A DNA stretch of 64,000 nt. Origin: Marsupella aquatica (lineage: Eukaryota; Plantae; Marchantiophyta). Positions 25,201 to 38,159 of this stretch are shown here, in pieces. The notes under the pieces are model-generated. The model saw nothing but the letters and a program-made list of their open reading frames with translations, was not told where the DNA came from and ran no database searches. The stretch lies in contig OZ316898.1 of NCBI GenBank assembly GCA_973895155.1, positions 18,032,752-18,096,751 on the forward strand. The letters are read 5' to 3'. Made by a program: the position numbers and the translations under genes. How positions within the stretch are numbered: the first letter of the stretch is position 1; the number at the start of each line of letters is the position of its first letter.

Positions 25201-26350
25201 AGGCATGAAAAATACTGTAGTATTGTAGCCATCCAAAGCACTTTCTATACAAGGAACGCCAAGAGCGCCATACATCCGTTTCTGAGATTCTTCTTTGTGG
25301 GTATCGCTGTGGACTTGCAAGTAGCTATCATCCTGCATGTAGTCCACCTTAAACTCAATAGCCTCAGCCTTATGAGGATGCTCATTTGACATCCCCGTCA
25401 ACTTTTGGTCGAGGTCCCGCACAACAATTGTTTCGCCGATCAAGCATAGTACCTGCAGTGAATGGCATTCCTTAAACGAAGATACTATATTCTAATGGTG
25501 GTAACAATGGTGGTATCCGACATGATCGGAAAGCAAGTTGCAAAATAATGATGTTTATCACCTGCTCTGCTCTGTTTTGTTCTGTTTAATTTGTGAGTAA
25601 AATTTAACCGCACTTTGGTAGGATCATGAACGAAACATGCACACTTCGTACTGTGTAGTAGAATAATCAGGCACTACCAGCCAGCAACCGCATAGTACTA
25701 GAACAAAACTACCTTCGTGGGTGTCAAGTGTTGTGATCAACGGCACGTTTTTAGCTTAAATCCGAGACATTTCAGAGACAGAAATTTTAGCTGTGTTTGA
25801 CGTCCGAGGATACCTGTTTCAGTGGGCACACTTTTTCGGACTCGCTGAACGGTCTCATTCTCACGTAAACCGTCACCTGAACACTCAAAAAACCCTCCTG
25901 AGAATAGAAGCTCCAACAGTGCAAATATTTCACAGCGTCCAAGAACTAAACATCCTACTGTAGATTTCGCACGGGGTAGCTGGCCTAGAAGGTTTCGTAG
26001 ACATACCCTCGACTTCCTGATTAGTCAGATCATCGTGGATCCTGATAGACTCGGAACAAACAATAAAATGTTTCAGCGAAACGGTCTCATAAGAAACCAT
26101 TTTGACTCACTTTATCCTGCTTAGAAGTGCAGGCATTGGCAGTGGAAGCGTTTCTTCCTGTAGGAGATCTAGAGAACTGCGGGCTGCGCACAGAATCAAA
26201 TGTCCTCCCTACACAATCAATCGTCTCCGGAGGTCTATCGAGATGGACCATTAGCTCTGGGTAGAACTCGTCCATACTCCTCGAGCTCAGAGTTAGAGAC
26301 TCTGTTACTTCTCCAATTGGAGACCATCGAAACGCGCTGTTTGTGGCCAT
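16269..26350 (-). CDS. Kinesin-3-like motor protein with FHA domain and long repeat-rich stalk (~2000 aa; last exons uncertain)
   Basis: Phase-consistent GT-AG exons: 26350-26111, 25876-25814 (VYVRMRP), 25452-25216 (DGYNTT), 24834-24757 ([13 protein letters not shown]), 24402-24328, 23973-23281 ([14 protein letters not shown]...REHP..GPFVEGL...SSRSHAVF), 23077-23008 (INLVDLAG), 22880-22780, 22526-22398 ([20 protein letters not shown]), 21849-21616 (TLRYA...[13 protein letters not shown]), 21319-21226, and 21104-~17120 (giant exon ending in the FHA). A probable last exon at ~16490-16269 is unresolved; the start ATG is also tentative. Confidence 0.9.
17125..17375 (-). other. FHA domain of the kinesin
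   Basis: [12 protein letters not shown]...GLSEDHTEF...AFLNGQPL....LCTGDVLVL follows the kinesin-3 FHA pattern (YIKDGxTxVG...xxEHCxF...VNGxxV...LxxGxRI). Confidence 0.8.
19827..19982 (-). repeat. In-frame 78-nt tandem duplication in the kinesin giant exon
   Basis: Units 19827-19904 and 19905-19982 encode D(E/V)GHQ(V/G)[10 protein letters not shown](H/P)HNLND(Y/C)KAD. Confidence 0.95.
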
Positions 26351-28147
26351 ACTCAGTAAAGCACCTGTAACATCAAAGCAAGAGATCAAATTCGTAGCGA
26401 AGAGGTGACGACAAAAAACCCACAGAACATCCATATTCATTAGCGAACTGGTTGTCCACATCAACATCCTAGACAGCGTACTGCCAGTGGTTGATTTTCC
26501 AAAAAACTTGTGTCTTCGAATCGAACTAAGACTAGGAATTATATGTCCACGACAGCTTCAACTGGTTCAGTCGACGAAATCTCGATATAACCGGTACACG
26601 GTACCCACGGCCTGGCAAGCTTGGATACGGTTGCACGACAGCAGTCTACTCAGAGTTCAAATGGCTCTGTTAGACGTTCCCCCTGGATGCAGATCTATGA
26701 ATTCATTTCGACATCAGTTTTTTGGACACCACAATTGTATCATGCTTCACGGTGTCGTCGCATTATTCGTTTGTACTGGCTTGCATGCTCGGGTGGTCCC
26801 CGCCAGCAACGATACTCCAAACATCTGGCTTATCCAGTCACAAATGATGGCAAGCCTATAAATTTGTCAAAGTCAATAAATATCGTACCTCGCGAAATGG
26901 GCATTTTCGGAATCGATGGGTGTTCCAGCTTCGCTCAATAAGCTGGAGGAGGCACATTCACTTGGGATAAGCCCCTGGATTGCCGAGCACGTAGTCGAGC
27001 ATCGAGTGGAAAATACTCTTTCCTCAATCCGAATAGCATTGAGCTCTCTTCAGTCCTGCGTTTCATTCTTCCGAAATTATATCGGAAGACACAACACTGT
27101 TGAGATGAAGTAGCGATGGCGCATCATGGAGGTGGCATCACGTCAAATTGTGTCATGAACGAGCTTTGAGAACTCTGGGTCTTCGCTTTCTCTGACCAGT
27201 GCTCTTCCATATATCCATTTTCAAATACTGCGTTGGAGTTTTTAGATCCAATAATAACAGCCTCTGAAGTTATAACGATATTACTTCTTGCGTATAGAAG
27301 CAGAGGTTGTCGTAGAACCAACCATTCAGCTCTTTCAAGAAGCCGAGGAAAGGCAACGAAATCCTTCACCGACAGATTGGCATCGATAGATAGGAAGACT
27401 GACCGACGTCCAACCAGGCAGACCACGCCATTTTCGGATTCCAGAGGCTTCAAGAGCGAAATCCTTCATCTCTCAGACCTTTCGAGTTGATCGAACGCCC
27501 GCATTCCAAACACTCCTCTCTATCCTCAAAGGAATGAAATCTTCACCTCACAGACAACGTTGTGGGCCGAGAGGCGGATAGACATCCCGCCAACGAGACC
27601 GCGCCTTTGTTGTTTCTCAATAAATGTGGACCGACGTCAGGGACGTGATCGATCGGACCAGACAGATCTCTTCATCAGAACACAATTCACCAGAACGTAC
27701 GAATGATCTAGCCATCTAGCGAAAGAATTGGCAATCGAGCGCGTGACATTGGAGAGGATTGGTTGACGATGCGGGAACCAGCATGATTGAAATGTGACGA
27801 CACGAAACACATGCAAGAGTGAAAGATCAGTCCCCTTCGATCACGAATTGCGTGCCGAGATTTCCGAGAAGCGCACGAGCGGGCGGATGGCAGAGAGATC
27901 ATCATGCTCGCGATGCTGTCGGTCTTTCGTTCTTCATTCCCTTTAGAATCCTGGATTTCGAGGAAGTCGCGGGTCGCAGCGGCCCGAGCAATCTCGATGG
28001 ATCGACTCCACCATCGCTGATGATCTCTGATTCATTAGCGCCCCGCAAGGTTTCAGATTGATACTTTGCTTTACAGTGTCACCCTGTAAGGGAAGACACA
28101 ATGGACGTTTCTTTTCAAGCCATAATTACCAATGCTTTTAAAGTATA

Positions 28148-28460
28148 TTAGCCCCGACTACCCGTCTTTGAACCTAAATAGGGGATTACAAAAAATGTCA
28201 CCAAAAAATAATTTTTATTAGTATTTTTTAAAATATTAATGAAATGATAAAAAAAATCATGTGTATAATTATTTTAATAATCATATATAATATACCAGAA
28301 TCTTATTTAAGCATATCTTATTTTTAATGTAAACAAAAATCATAACAAAAAACATACATGCTTATCATTTGAACATATATCATGTTATGAGTTTTCACAT
28401 ACACATGATGATTAATGGAGTTATCATCTAGAGATTTCACTCTAAAAGTCTAGGCCCCAA
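28148..28460 (+). repeat. AT-rich dispersed repeat (family B, likely non-autonomous DNA transposon)
   Basis: tagccccgactacc...tttgaacctaaatag and tctagagatttcactcta match reverse complements of ~59870-60100 and ~61010-61045. Confidence 0.6.
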
Positions 28461-28590
28461 CACTAGCTTGTAGTTAGCACTTTATAAATAAGATTAAAAA
28501 CCTTGGCATATTTGTAAGTCTAGGTCCCAACACTAGCTTGTAGGTTAGCGCTTTATAAATAAGATTAAGAACCTTGGCATATTTGTAAGT
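28446..28590. repeat. ~70-bp tandem duplication
   Basis: aagtctagg(c/t)cccaacactagcttgtag...ccttggcatatttgtaagt occurs twice. Confidence 0.9.
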
Positions 28591-28699
28591 ACAAAAGACA
28601 TATTTGTAAATACAAAAAACATTTGGCACTATTGTCAATTAGAACATACCAAAACACATAATCTCACTAAGTGCATATAAAAATGTGACACCAAAGGAG

Positions 28700-30580
28700 A
28701 GAATCTCATTATTTGCACATCAAAACTTGACAATGAACTCTGTCATTCCATATCATGATAAATCCAATTATTCTCTTAAACTCAATGTTATCCTAAATAC
28801 ATATCTGGCTGTCAGTTTTTGATGAGCTAATTACCTAGACACCAAAATGACATAATAAGGGCAGCATCACAAAAGACCCAAACATTTGCCCAAATTATTA
28901 GATAGTCTCAAGTTTGTAACCAGGATAGACCTCCACTTTTGCCAAAATGATGTAATAGACTTAATTTTCCAACTAGAATGGACCTCCACATTTGCCAAAA
29001 GGATAGGTAAACTTGGGTTTGCAATAGAATGCACTTTTTGCTCACATGTTACACAGAGTCTGAGTGAAATGTGACAAGCAAACTTGAGAGTCATCTTTGG
29101 AAATTTGTAAGTTTCTCAATTCTCAATGAACTTTGATCATATTCGGCTCATTGGAAAGATATTTCCAAGCGGGTTCTAAGGATTGGAACCCAGAACAATT
29201 ACAGTAAATTCCATTGGATGTCAGGTACCTAATTAATGCATGTCAAAGTTAGCTGATCGAAACCAAAGTAAGCACTCCATTCATTTGGATATGAGGGAGA
29301 TGATGTCCAAGCTAGACGCTAGAAATTTTTTGTAAGTACAAGTGCGGACAGTAAGTGACTGGTAATCTTTAGAACTCATATAACTCTCTCAATTCTTCAT
29401 GAAAACTACAGACTTGGGATTTCCCAATTATTTTGTTCTCACTAGCCCAAGAAGTGCCAATTTTCCTGGATATCAAAGGAGGTATTGAAGGTTGAACTTT
29501 GCTGAGTGTTGAAAATGTTTTGGAACTGGAAGGGTGTCTAGAAAAAGTGATATTAGACTTGCAGGAAGGATCATGTTGGAAATTTCTATTTGTAATTCTA
29601 ATGGACCAAATTTCATCATTTCAAGGCTAAAAGTTCCAAAATCTAATATAGAAACACCTCTCAATATAATATACCCTTTAAAAGTTTTCAAAATTAAGTA
29701 AATAACAACTGAAGCCTGGCGCACCTACAAGTTTGCACAAATGCTCAGATTCATCCTTCCAACATGGATGGATTACAACTGTAAAGGCCTCATTGAACTG
29801 CTCATATAGTATACCTTACATGGATGAGTGAAACTTGGCAAGAAAACAAGATATTAAGGATCCTTGGAATATTGTAGGTCTGTCAATTCTCAACGCAGTT
29901 TGACTGTTTATTAGGCTGATTGGAAAGCCAAGCCCTTTCTAAGAAACCCAGAAAAAGCATATTCAACTTGGACTGATCCCGGGACTGATATCAAAGTTAA
30001 TAGTTGCTCAAACCTCGTTGGAAGCAAAAACGTGTGGTAAGTGAGTACCTAATGGAGTAATCTTTTGAATATTCAGAAGTTATTTCTCAGTTCCTTATGA
30101 AACCTAGAAATATTAAACAGGTTAGAAAGATCCTTCCAATTGCTTCTAATAAACCCAAGGAGTACAGATATGAACAATATAGCACAGACTGGTGACATCT
30201 CAAATGATCAATTGTTCGATTTTAGCCAGGTTGAGAATTATAGTGGTCCTACAGATTTTTGATTGTATCTTACTGATCCCTACACTACAATCCCAGATGC
30301 AGACACCTGAGAGAAAGGGCTTAGATTGTGAGGCCAATCTAGTAGGTAAGAGTTTGTTTGAAAATTGAGGCTCCCATTTTTGTTTGCCGTACTAGTTTAG
30401 TGATTTGTAGTGGCCTTTTGTAACTTGTAGTTCTATAGTTCTTCTGCAAGGAGACATTTTGGAATGCAAGCCAGATTGATTGAAGGATTTGCGCATTTTT
30501 GTTCTCCCTTTATGTGCTCAATGGTTGACAATTTGGAGTTGAGGCTGATAGTCTGGGTTTTAAACCCCACAAGTGGCGAT
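28700..30580 (+). repeat. Old degenerate repeat, possibly an LTR with internal sub-repeats
   Basis: Recurring tctcaattct...ttggaaag...tctaa motifs (~29115, 29385, 29882, 30085); ends in ...CA-AG-TGG (30570-30576); no coding capacity. Confidence 0.3.
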
Positions 30581-32211
30581 CAAGTCACTTGTTAGGAAAG
30601 GAATTGAAGATTGGAGGTTAAACATCAGCATTGACCCCCACTTTCAAGAGGTATGTACACTTGATTTAGTTAGGCCAGTACAAAGTTTGCTTGTGTCGTC
30701 CACAAATGTCTTAATGACAAAGTGTGAGTCAATGACGGCTCTTTAAGTTAGTGTGTGCAAGTTATACAATCATACGGTATCCACCATTCATCTCACAACT
30801 CAAACTCAAAACTCAGTCCAAGATTGTTCCTCCGTTTCTTCGACGCAATGTGACCGAATGGCAGTACCCTGTTCACAATCATCTCTTGTTGGTATTTCTG
30901 TCATCGAAAGAGTGAGGATCAGGTATGAGCCGTTACTTACTTACTTACTTATGTTATTTTAGAGGCAGTTATTTAACTAATTACATAGTAAAAAATTAAA
31001 AACACTCGAAAGGTAGCTAATACGATTACAGTGAAAAAATGACATCTCTTCCTTTGTATTCTGGTTCTTTTATGCTTAATACTTATGGCATGGCGGCCCA
31101 AAATTTACATGAATATGAATACAAACATGACAAGGCCTTTTTGTTTTCCAAAAAACCTGCTCTGTCCTGTTTGTCACCATCCTCGCTGATGTGGCGCATC
31201 CTCATGCTAGGGAATTTTGCAACGGATCCCTAATGGGGGTCCGTAAACACGGATTCAAGCCTCGATTCAAGCTCGACAACTGAGGAAGGCAACCATTCTT
31301 GCTTGTTGCCATGTCCAGTCACTATGATACAGACAATGATGTGCGAGTCACTAGTATCACCTCACATGCAAGGTTGAATTTGTGCGCTGTCTGGGGAATT
31401 GTTAATTTTTAATCAATTATCTTCCCCGCTAACCTAATGACTACTATGGTATTCAGACATTTTCTTTATGCCCTTTGTACTTGTACCATTTCACACTGAC
31501 TACCCACTACCCTTCACACTTGTATTGTGTTGCAACGTTTCAATCCACAAATCCAACATGAGACTCTATTTACCCTATATAAGATTAACATGAAAATATT
31601 AATTTACCAAGCGAACTAAACTAGAATACTTATAGTCACCATGAGAAGTCTAGGGTAGTTTGAAACTGCTATATGGTGATTACATCTTTCAGATATTGTC
31701 TTATTCAGAGTTTTGGTGTCATATATTTTTATTTCAATGTGCCTTATCAAGGGGCAGCCTGTGTATAGTATACATTTTTAATTAATTTATGGACCCCTTT
31801 AATTTACATCTCTATGTAATTAATGGACCCCTTTAATTTTTACGATTCTAGTCTAAGAGTATTTTTGACTTATTAGATGAAATAAACTGCTCCACCACTT
31901 GAAGAGTCTCATGAGCAAGAGAAATGATTCTGATTGTGTCTTAAGTTCCCCTTATGTCTTTCTTTCCTAAGTTTATGGTTTTTATTGAAATAAGTGTCAT
32001 TCATGAGTACATTGAATTAAGTGTACACATCATAACATCCTTGATTGTACTTTTCATTGGGCACTGTGCACCAATCCTTCTAGTTATGTTCTCATATTTT
32101 ATTTACTTTCAAATCACTACAAGACAAAAACTCAAGCATGTTCCAGAATGAGCATGCTATATGCTATATAGTCACCATGAGAAGTGATTTAGTTTTCACA
32201 AGGGAAACGGG

Positions 32212-32543
32212 TAATTGTAACATGCGAGCAAACAGTAAAAAATTTCCTCGCACGAAAAACAATTCCTACATGACCCCTATTTTTCTACATGCAACTGCCT
32301 CGCTATAAATTACCTGGTTGGTTACATCCCTTTTGGGGACTCCCTGTTTGCTAGCGAGCTCGCTAGCCATCTGCAGTCTTTAAAAAAACACAAAAAATGT
32401 AAAAGTCACCAAAAAGTAACTGATTTTTTTTATTTTTATTTTTAATTTATTTTAAAGTAACTGAAATTTGGAATCATTATTGTCTCGCTATCAAAATCAC
32501 CTTGTTATCAAAATCTCCTGTTTGCTCGCAACATAGAATACCT
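32212..32543. mobile_element. MITE-like element (family C)
   Basis: Inverted repeat tgcgagcaaacag (32223-32235 and 32518-32530); flanking 13-bp direct repeat caagggaaacggg; left part matches the reverse complement of 61105-61222. Confidence 0.6.
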
Positions 32544-32708
32544 CAAGGGAAACGGGCCTGTCCAGCTGCATGGCTTGAGGATGGGGAGGATTGCTATGGG
32601 AATATTGACCATTGACTATCCCCTGTTGACCAACTTTGGGGTTTATGCTTTTTTTTTGTTATTCTTTCACAAGAGTCCTATGGCTGAAACTTGTTGGACG
32701 TGCAGTGC

Positions 32709-32882
32709 TTTGTCATTCTTTCAAAACAGTAGGGGCCATGTTTTTGTCATTCTTTCAAATCAGTAGGGGCCATAAGTTTTGTCAGTCTTTCAAATCAGTA
32801 GGGCTATATTTTGGTCATTCGATCAAAACAGTACGGGTCATATTTTTGCCATTCGTTCAAAACAGTAGGGGCCATATTTTTG
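32709..32882. repeat. Five ~34-bp tandem repeats
   Basis: Consensus tttgtcattctttcaaaacagtaggggccatatt. Confidence 0.9.
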
Positions 32883-35074
32883 TTATGACTTGTGTGTAAA
32901 CTTTGATGATTTTTGCTAACATTGGTGCATAATGCCCTCTTTGAATTTTCATAGTGTAGTCTAGAAGGTTATGGGCCTGCCTGTAATCCTCTTGCCAAGT
33001 CAGTCAGCACCCCAAAGGAGCCTCAGACTGGCAGAGGAGGCCATGAAAGGGCAAAGTAAAAATTCAAAAGCATATATACAAGCATATATCAACCGCCAAT
33101 CTAATTTATGGAAAGTTTTCACTAATTTAGTGCCTTCACTAATTGGTTTTCTTGCCAACAAAAGTGACTATCAAAACTAGCATGGACCACCCCACCACTT
33201 ACCCGATTAAAATGGAAATAATTTGGTGTATGTGAGAGGTACGGTTTTCTTGGATACTAGAGCCCAAATACCAATGCTTATGAACAAGAATGGCTCCTTG
33301 TACCTAGACTGCCCCTGCTCATCCTCATTCACAAGCATAGTCTTTTTTATTTATTTATAAATTGATACCAGAAAAATTAGGACCTCTGGCTTGATTCACT
33401 CTATGAAATAGGCCATGAATAGTAATTTCTGATAGTGAAGTATAATACCTGAGATAGTATGATATTGGTCACATACTGGGTCACATACCAGTATGTGTTG
33501 TACTATATTTGTGTTTTGCATATGCCACCCAGCTAGTTCCGGCACCGGGAAAAATTTACGTTCATTTTAGTGTCACCTACAGTAGCTAGGTGGTGACAAA
33601 CCTTTTTAGCTAGGAAAGATTGAAATGGCCACCTGGGAATGTCTGGATGCAAGGTAAGATGACTTTGTGCTATCATCCAAGTTATGACTGAGGTAGTCCC
33701 CGAACTAAAAATCCCAGAGTACCTGTAGCACGCTCTCCAACCAAGTTATTGCTAAGGTACTGTAGACAGTCCCGGTACCTAAAAATCCCCGTACCTCCCA
33801 CTCCCGGTACTTACATGGGTACTAGCCAGAGTACTAAATGTTCCTGTACGTACTCTTTCCCTTGAAGTTTCATACTGGAGCCCATATGTGCCCCTGCCAT
33901 TGTTTTCCTTATATTTTGTGAGGAAGTAGGAGGCAAAACAATTGGGACCCACCTAGTTATATCTACCTATTTATAAACGTTACTAAAATTCTAACTAGAG
34001 AATTAATGATCTTTCCTCAATTTTAAACAGCTGCAGTCAGACCGGGCCTTGTGTGTGAAAGTTGAATTTTTGTAATCCTGATAAGAAAAAGTTATTTTAA
34101 CTCGAAGATAACACAATTTTAAGACAATGCCTGGATGCTGTGTTTGAATATAGTGTTGTGTTCAAATATGGCGTTGTGTTCAATTGTGGCTCTGTGTTTG
34201 AATGTTCAGGGTTGTGTTTGGCTTTTTATTTTTATTTTTATCTTGATGGCATTGAGCATAAAAGGTGCAAGCTCATGAATTTATTACAATCAAAGGATAA
34301 GCAAAGTAAACTAAAAGCCCTTGATAGCCTTCACATCTTGACAACAATGCTGGCAGCAATTTCTGGAGCAGTATTTCCCACACTTATACTCAAAATTTGA
34401 AAAGGCATTTGATAACTGTACTTCCTTGTGCAAACGCACCAGAAATTAGAAAAAGATCTTCTAAAGTGTCCCTAATTCTATTTTGTCTCAGTTTTGGAAA
34501 TTCATCACTGCCTAAATTTGAACATAGCACCACTATTTGAACACAATGCCACTATTCAAACACTGTCTATGCTGCAAGATAAAAAAAAACTCCAAATCAG
34601 AGTGTCAAAACTCAAACACAACGCCCTGGGCGCACTATTCAAGTGTAACGCCCCATGGCCCACTATTTGAATATAGTGCCCAGGCGCTGTATTTGGCGGA
34701 AGATGGTATACTAACCTCTGGTGAAATGAGCTACATATCTCTTGTGTTGACTACGTCTTCTGAGTAACAATCATTTCACTCAGTTGATTCTACATAACAT
34801 TTAATATAGAATTTTCTTGACATCCCTTGTGACATGCATCCCCTCATGACCAGTCCACATGACCTAGTATTTAAGTCCACTACAGTTAGCCCAATGTCGT
34901 GCGTGCATTGTACAGAAGATGTCAAGGCAAGGTAAAGAAAGTTGTTCATGATTGTATCTTAGATATGTGTAGCATGTTGTTGTTGGAGCCATATATGGTG
35001 TTACTCCGGCCATGAGTACGGTCAATGTTTGTGCATTGCATGCATAATTGTCATTGTGGGCTCACATCCCCTCC

Positions 35075-35112
35075 CCTTCCTCTCCTCTCCTCTCCTCTCC
35101 TCTCCTCTCTCC
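35075..35112. repeat. (CCTCT)n microsatellite
   Basis: Direct reading. Confidence 0.9.
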
Positions 35113-35249
35113 CTTGCTTGCCAACCCATAAATTGCCCTCCCTGAATTGTCATATCCCTACCCTTACTCATGTTGCCCAGTCATGTTGCCCTTACTCCCT
35201 TGTACATGGCCCTAAAACCAATGTAAGTGTGGCGCACAATTGTTAATGT

Positions 35250-35495
35250 ACCAGATCATGTTGTGTGCAAGATCATGTTGTGTGCAATGATTGCAGAGTG
35301 TCAATACTGCCGTGTTGTTGGTACTGCTGTCAGTTCTCAATGTTGTGGCCATGGTGTTGTTGTGGCCATGTTGTGGCCATGTTGTCATTGTTACCATGCA
35401 CTTTGTTATGGATATGTACGTAGTCATTGTCCAAGCGCACATTGCACAATATATTGCCTTTGCGGCCATGCAATTGTTGTGGCCATGTTGTTCTT
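35250..35495. repeat. Degenerate short tandem repeats (gttgtggccat)
   Basis: Motif recurs at ~35342, 35360, 35371 and 35477. Confidence 0.65.
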
Positions 35496-37319
35496 GATGG
35501 GGGTGAGACCCAAGGTGAAAGCAAGACCCGTGATGGTAGCCGCAGTTCTACCGCTGTAAGTGGAAGGGTGGCATTTCAGACGGGATTTCAGGTCCCCCAA
35601 CAGCCCTTCCTTGTCATGCCCTGTTGCCCTCACTCTTGCACTCCCCCGTGGCTGGGCAAGGATGTACTCCGGGATGTACTCCTTGGCTGGTGGTGCTTCC
35701 TTTTTGAGGATCCTAACATCTTTAGTTATCTTCAAGAAAATTGTTAAATTGCTGATTTATCTATCTACGTACGCCTGCACAATAGTCCTAAAAGCTTTCA
35801 ATCTAGTACTATATGGGAAAGGGATCTCAAAGTTGAAGCAACCTTATCCAATTTCTTTCCTTCTGGCTTTCCTTTAGCAGAGATTTGCAAGAACTTAGGG
35901 GTGGGGGCACTCTTCACCCCGTTCAAACGTGAGTTCCATTGCATACAGTATAGTTGAAATTCCTGAGCCTGTAAGGCAAGGGAAAATAAATGCAAGCTTA
36001 GACAGGACCAAATTAACTGTCCATTTCTTTAAACCACCTCGATCAAGAGGTGGTCTAAGTTTTTCATAAAAAGCATGGACACATCAGAAGTCTGAAGTGT
36101 TCCCACATTTGAATGGCTAGCATTGCATCTCATATCGCTAAGATTGCATCTCAGACATAGAAGAAAAACATGCAGTTCATCCAAAGTGAAGACTGGCCTG
36201 TAGGTTCCCAAACTCGAATGCTAAGCTTGCATGTCGGACATTGGGGAAGAAAAGACCAGCCTCGGATTTCTTGCAAAGCCCCTTAGTTTAGGAAAAATAC
36301 TTAGCTGCTCTGATCGAAGTTGGATTCGGAGGTCCCAGGCAAGGAAAAGCATGCACCACTAAGTGTTAGAACGGGGCCAGCTATATTAGTCGATAGAGAG
36401 CCAGGAGCCAGATGCTGTCTTGTACCGTAACGTGCTTTATAGAGATAATCCAAAAGGGATATCGAGATCGAGGATCGAATTTGCTTGTTGAACAAGCAAA
36501 GAATCATGTGATGCGTTCGAAGTGAGTCAATTCCTTTAATTAAGCTCCTAGTGTACTTGTCCCTAGTGTACTTGTTACATACTTATTCAAATATCTGCCT
36601 GTCACCATAGTACTGTAGTTGAATTGATCAACTAATACCAGGTACCTGGTCTAGTAACCAATACTGTAATCGTTAGAAGCCGGCATACAGATGTCTCCCA
36701 AACAAGAGGATGACCAGGTCCAGTTGAAAATTATGAAGGGACCTATCAGTCCTTGTCTTTACGATGGAATAGCTGTATTATATACATAATAATTATTATA
36801 TCTATCTATAGACATCGTCACTCGAGTGCTCCGCTGAATTGACTCATGAAGCAGGTTTCTGGAGATTCTTAAGGATTGTAATCTTTCAGTAACGAAGTAT
36901 GGGCTGTCTCACTGAAGTATGGGCTGTGGGTGACATTCTTGCTTTGCCTTTCTTGTCCAATTAGCAAATGAAATTATTACATAGGAAGGGCATGATTTTA
37001 TCTGCATGACGTGCACAGAACGATCCTGTCGGTGAGCTTCACATTTCTGAAGAAACCCAATTCAACTTGGTTTGGTTGGGTCTGTTCAACTTCACTTCAA
37101 TCTGATCACTTCAGCTTCACCTTCTCTCGTGTTCTTCTTTGTGGTACAGTACTAAACCCGCCGAGTGAATGGATAATGGTCTTGAAGTTTGTGAATGAGA
37201 GCTTGTTTGGGATTACTAGGATAGGAAGGTGTCTAGCTAGCCAGGAGCTAATTGAGCTGACATTTTGTTTGCGGGTGCTTGTGAAGGACTCACTGTCTCA
37301 GGGACGATTAATTGTAGCT

Positions 37320-38159
37320 ATGGGACGTCAGTCTGAGAATCGGAGTCTCTTCGATCAATTGCTACCTGTCCTTCTGGTTTTGGTGATAGGAGTACTCCTC
37401 AACAATGAAAGCTCCAACGCCCAGGAGCCTTACAAGGGCGACTATTATCTTTGCTCAAATGAAACGGTGAAGTGCAGCACATTTTCGCTGTACAGGGCTC
37501 AGAAGGACTACACAACCCTGACATCCATAGGAGCACTTTTTAACACCAATTCGACTACTTTGGCTGCTCTCAACGCATTGCCGGCGGACGGGACGTTGAC
37601 GCTTGGGCAGCCCGTTGTCGTCCCTCTGACCTGCGTCTGCTCCAATGGGACAACTTCGGCCAATTTCACTCACATTATAGCGTCTGGGGACAGTTACTTC
37701 AAGCTGAATATGAACGCTTTCGAGTCTTTGAGCACCGTCCCCGCAATCATCAGGGCCAATCCTACATTGAACTCTTCCGATCTCACCATCGGCACGCCGA
37801 TGATCTTCCCTTTGCGTTGCTCATGTCCGAATGCCACCCAGATCAGCGTTGGTGTTAAATCTTTAGTCACATATCCCGTAGTGAATGGGGATTCAATTAG
37901 CCAAATCGCCACTGACTTTGGTGTGTCTACAGAGTCTATCCTCTTCGCCAATGAATTGCAGGGACCTAGCCCGCTGATTTCTACTCAAACTACCCTTCTT
38001 ATACCCATCAGCAGTGCCACGCCAAACTACACAGGTGCTGTCGGTGCTTCTGCTCCTGCTGCTGAAGGACCAACATCTGCATCTGGTCGTCACAGCAATA
38101 GCAAGACGGGCGGGTATGTTGTAATAGCGGTCTGGTTTTTGTTGGCGTTGTCAATTTGA
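37320..38159 (+). CDS. Secreted or membrane-anchored triple-LysM protein (LYK5/LYR-type ectodomain, no kinase), 279 aa
   Basis: ATG 37320; signal peptide (LLPVLLVLVIGVLL); C-x6-C then YRAQ; three LysM modules separated by CVC and CSC; PLRCSCP..Q...GVKSLVTY...GDS...I...FGV...ANEL...TTLLIP; Ser/Ala/Pro linker; hydrophobic tail; several N-glycosylation sequons; intronless. Confidence 0.9.
   Translation: MGRQSENRSLFDQLLPVLLVLVIGVLLNNESSNAQEPYKGDYYLCSNETVKCSTFSLYRAQKDYTTLTSIGALFNTNSTTLAALNALPADGTLTLGQPVVVPLTCVCSNGTTSANFTHIIASGDSYFKLNMNAFESLSTVPAIIRANPTLNSSDLTIGTPMIFPLRCSCPNATQISVGVKSLVTYPVVNGDSISQIATDFGVSTESILFANELQGPSPLISTQTTLLIPISSATPNYTGAVGASAPAAEGPTSASGRHSNSKTGGYVVIAVWFLLALSI

Noticed and set aside
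26487-28061. Short ORFs upstream of the kinesin, e.g. 27124-27453
   Set aside because: No recognisable domain or consistent splice path; probably 5' UTR or promoter, though extra 5' exons cannot be excluded.
30570-30590. Primer-binding site after a putative LTR end
   Set aside because: TGG is present but no tRNA complementarity could be assigned and no gag follows.
32709-32882. CRISPR-like array
   Set aside because: Head-to-tail repeats without unique spacers, no cas genes, eukaryotic context.
35424-35995. Minus-strand basic ORFs as a gene fragment
   Set aside because: No identifiable family; interrupted by stops and adjacent to simple repeats.
37011-37319. 103-aa N-terminal extension of the LysM ORF from a GTG start
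   Set aside because: The signal peptide follows ATG 37320; the upstream frame is most likely 5' UTR.
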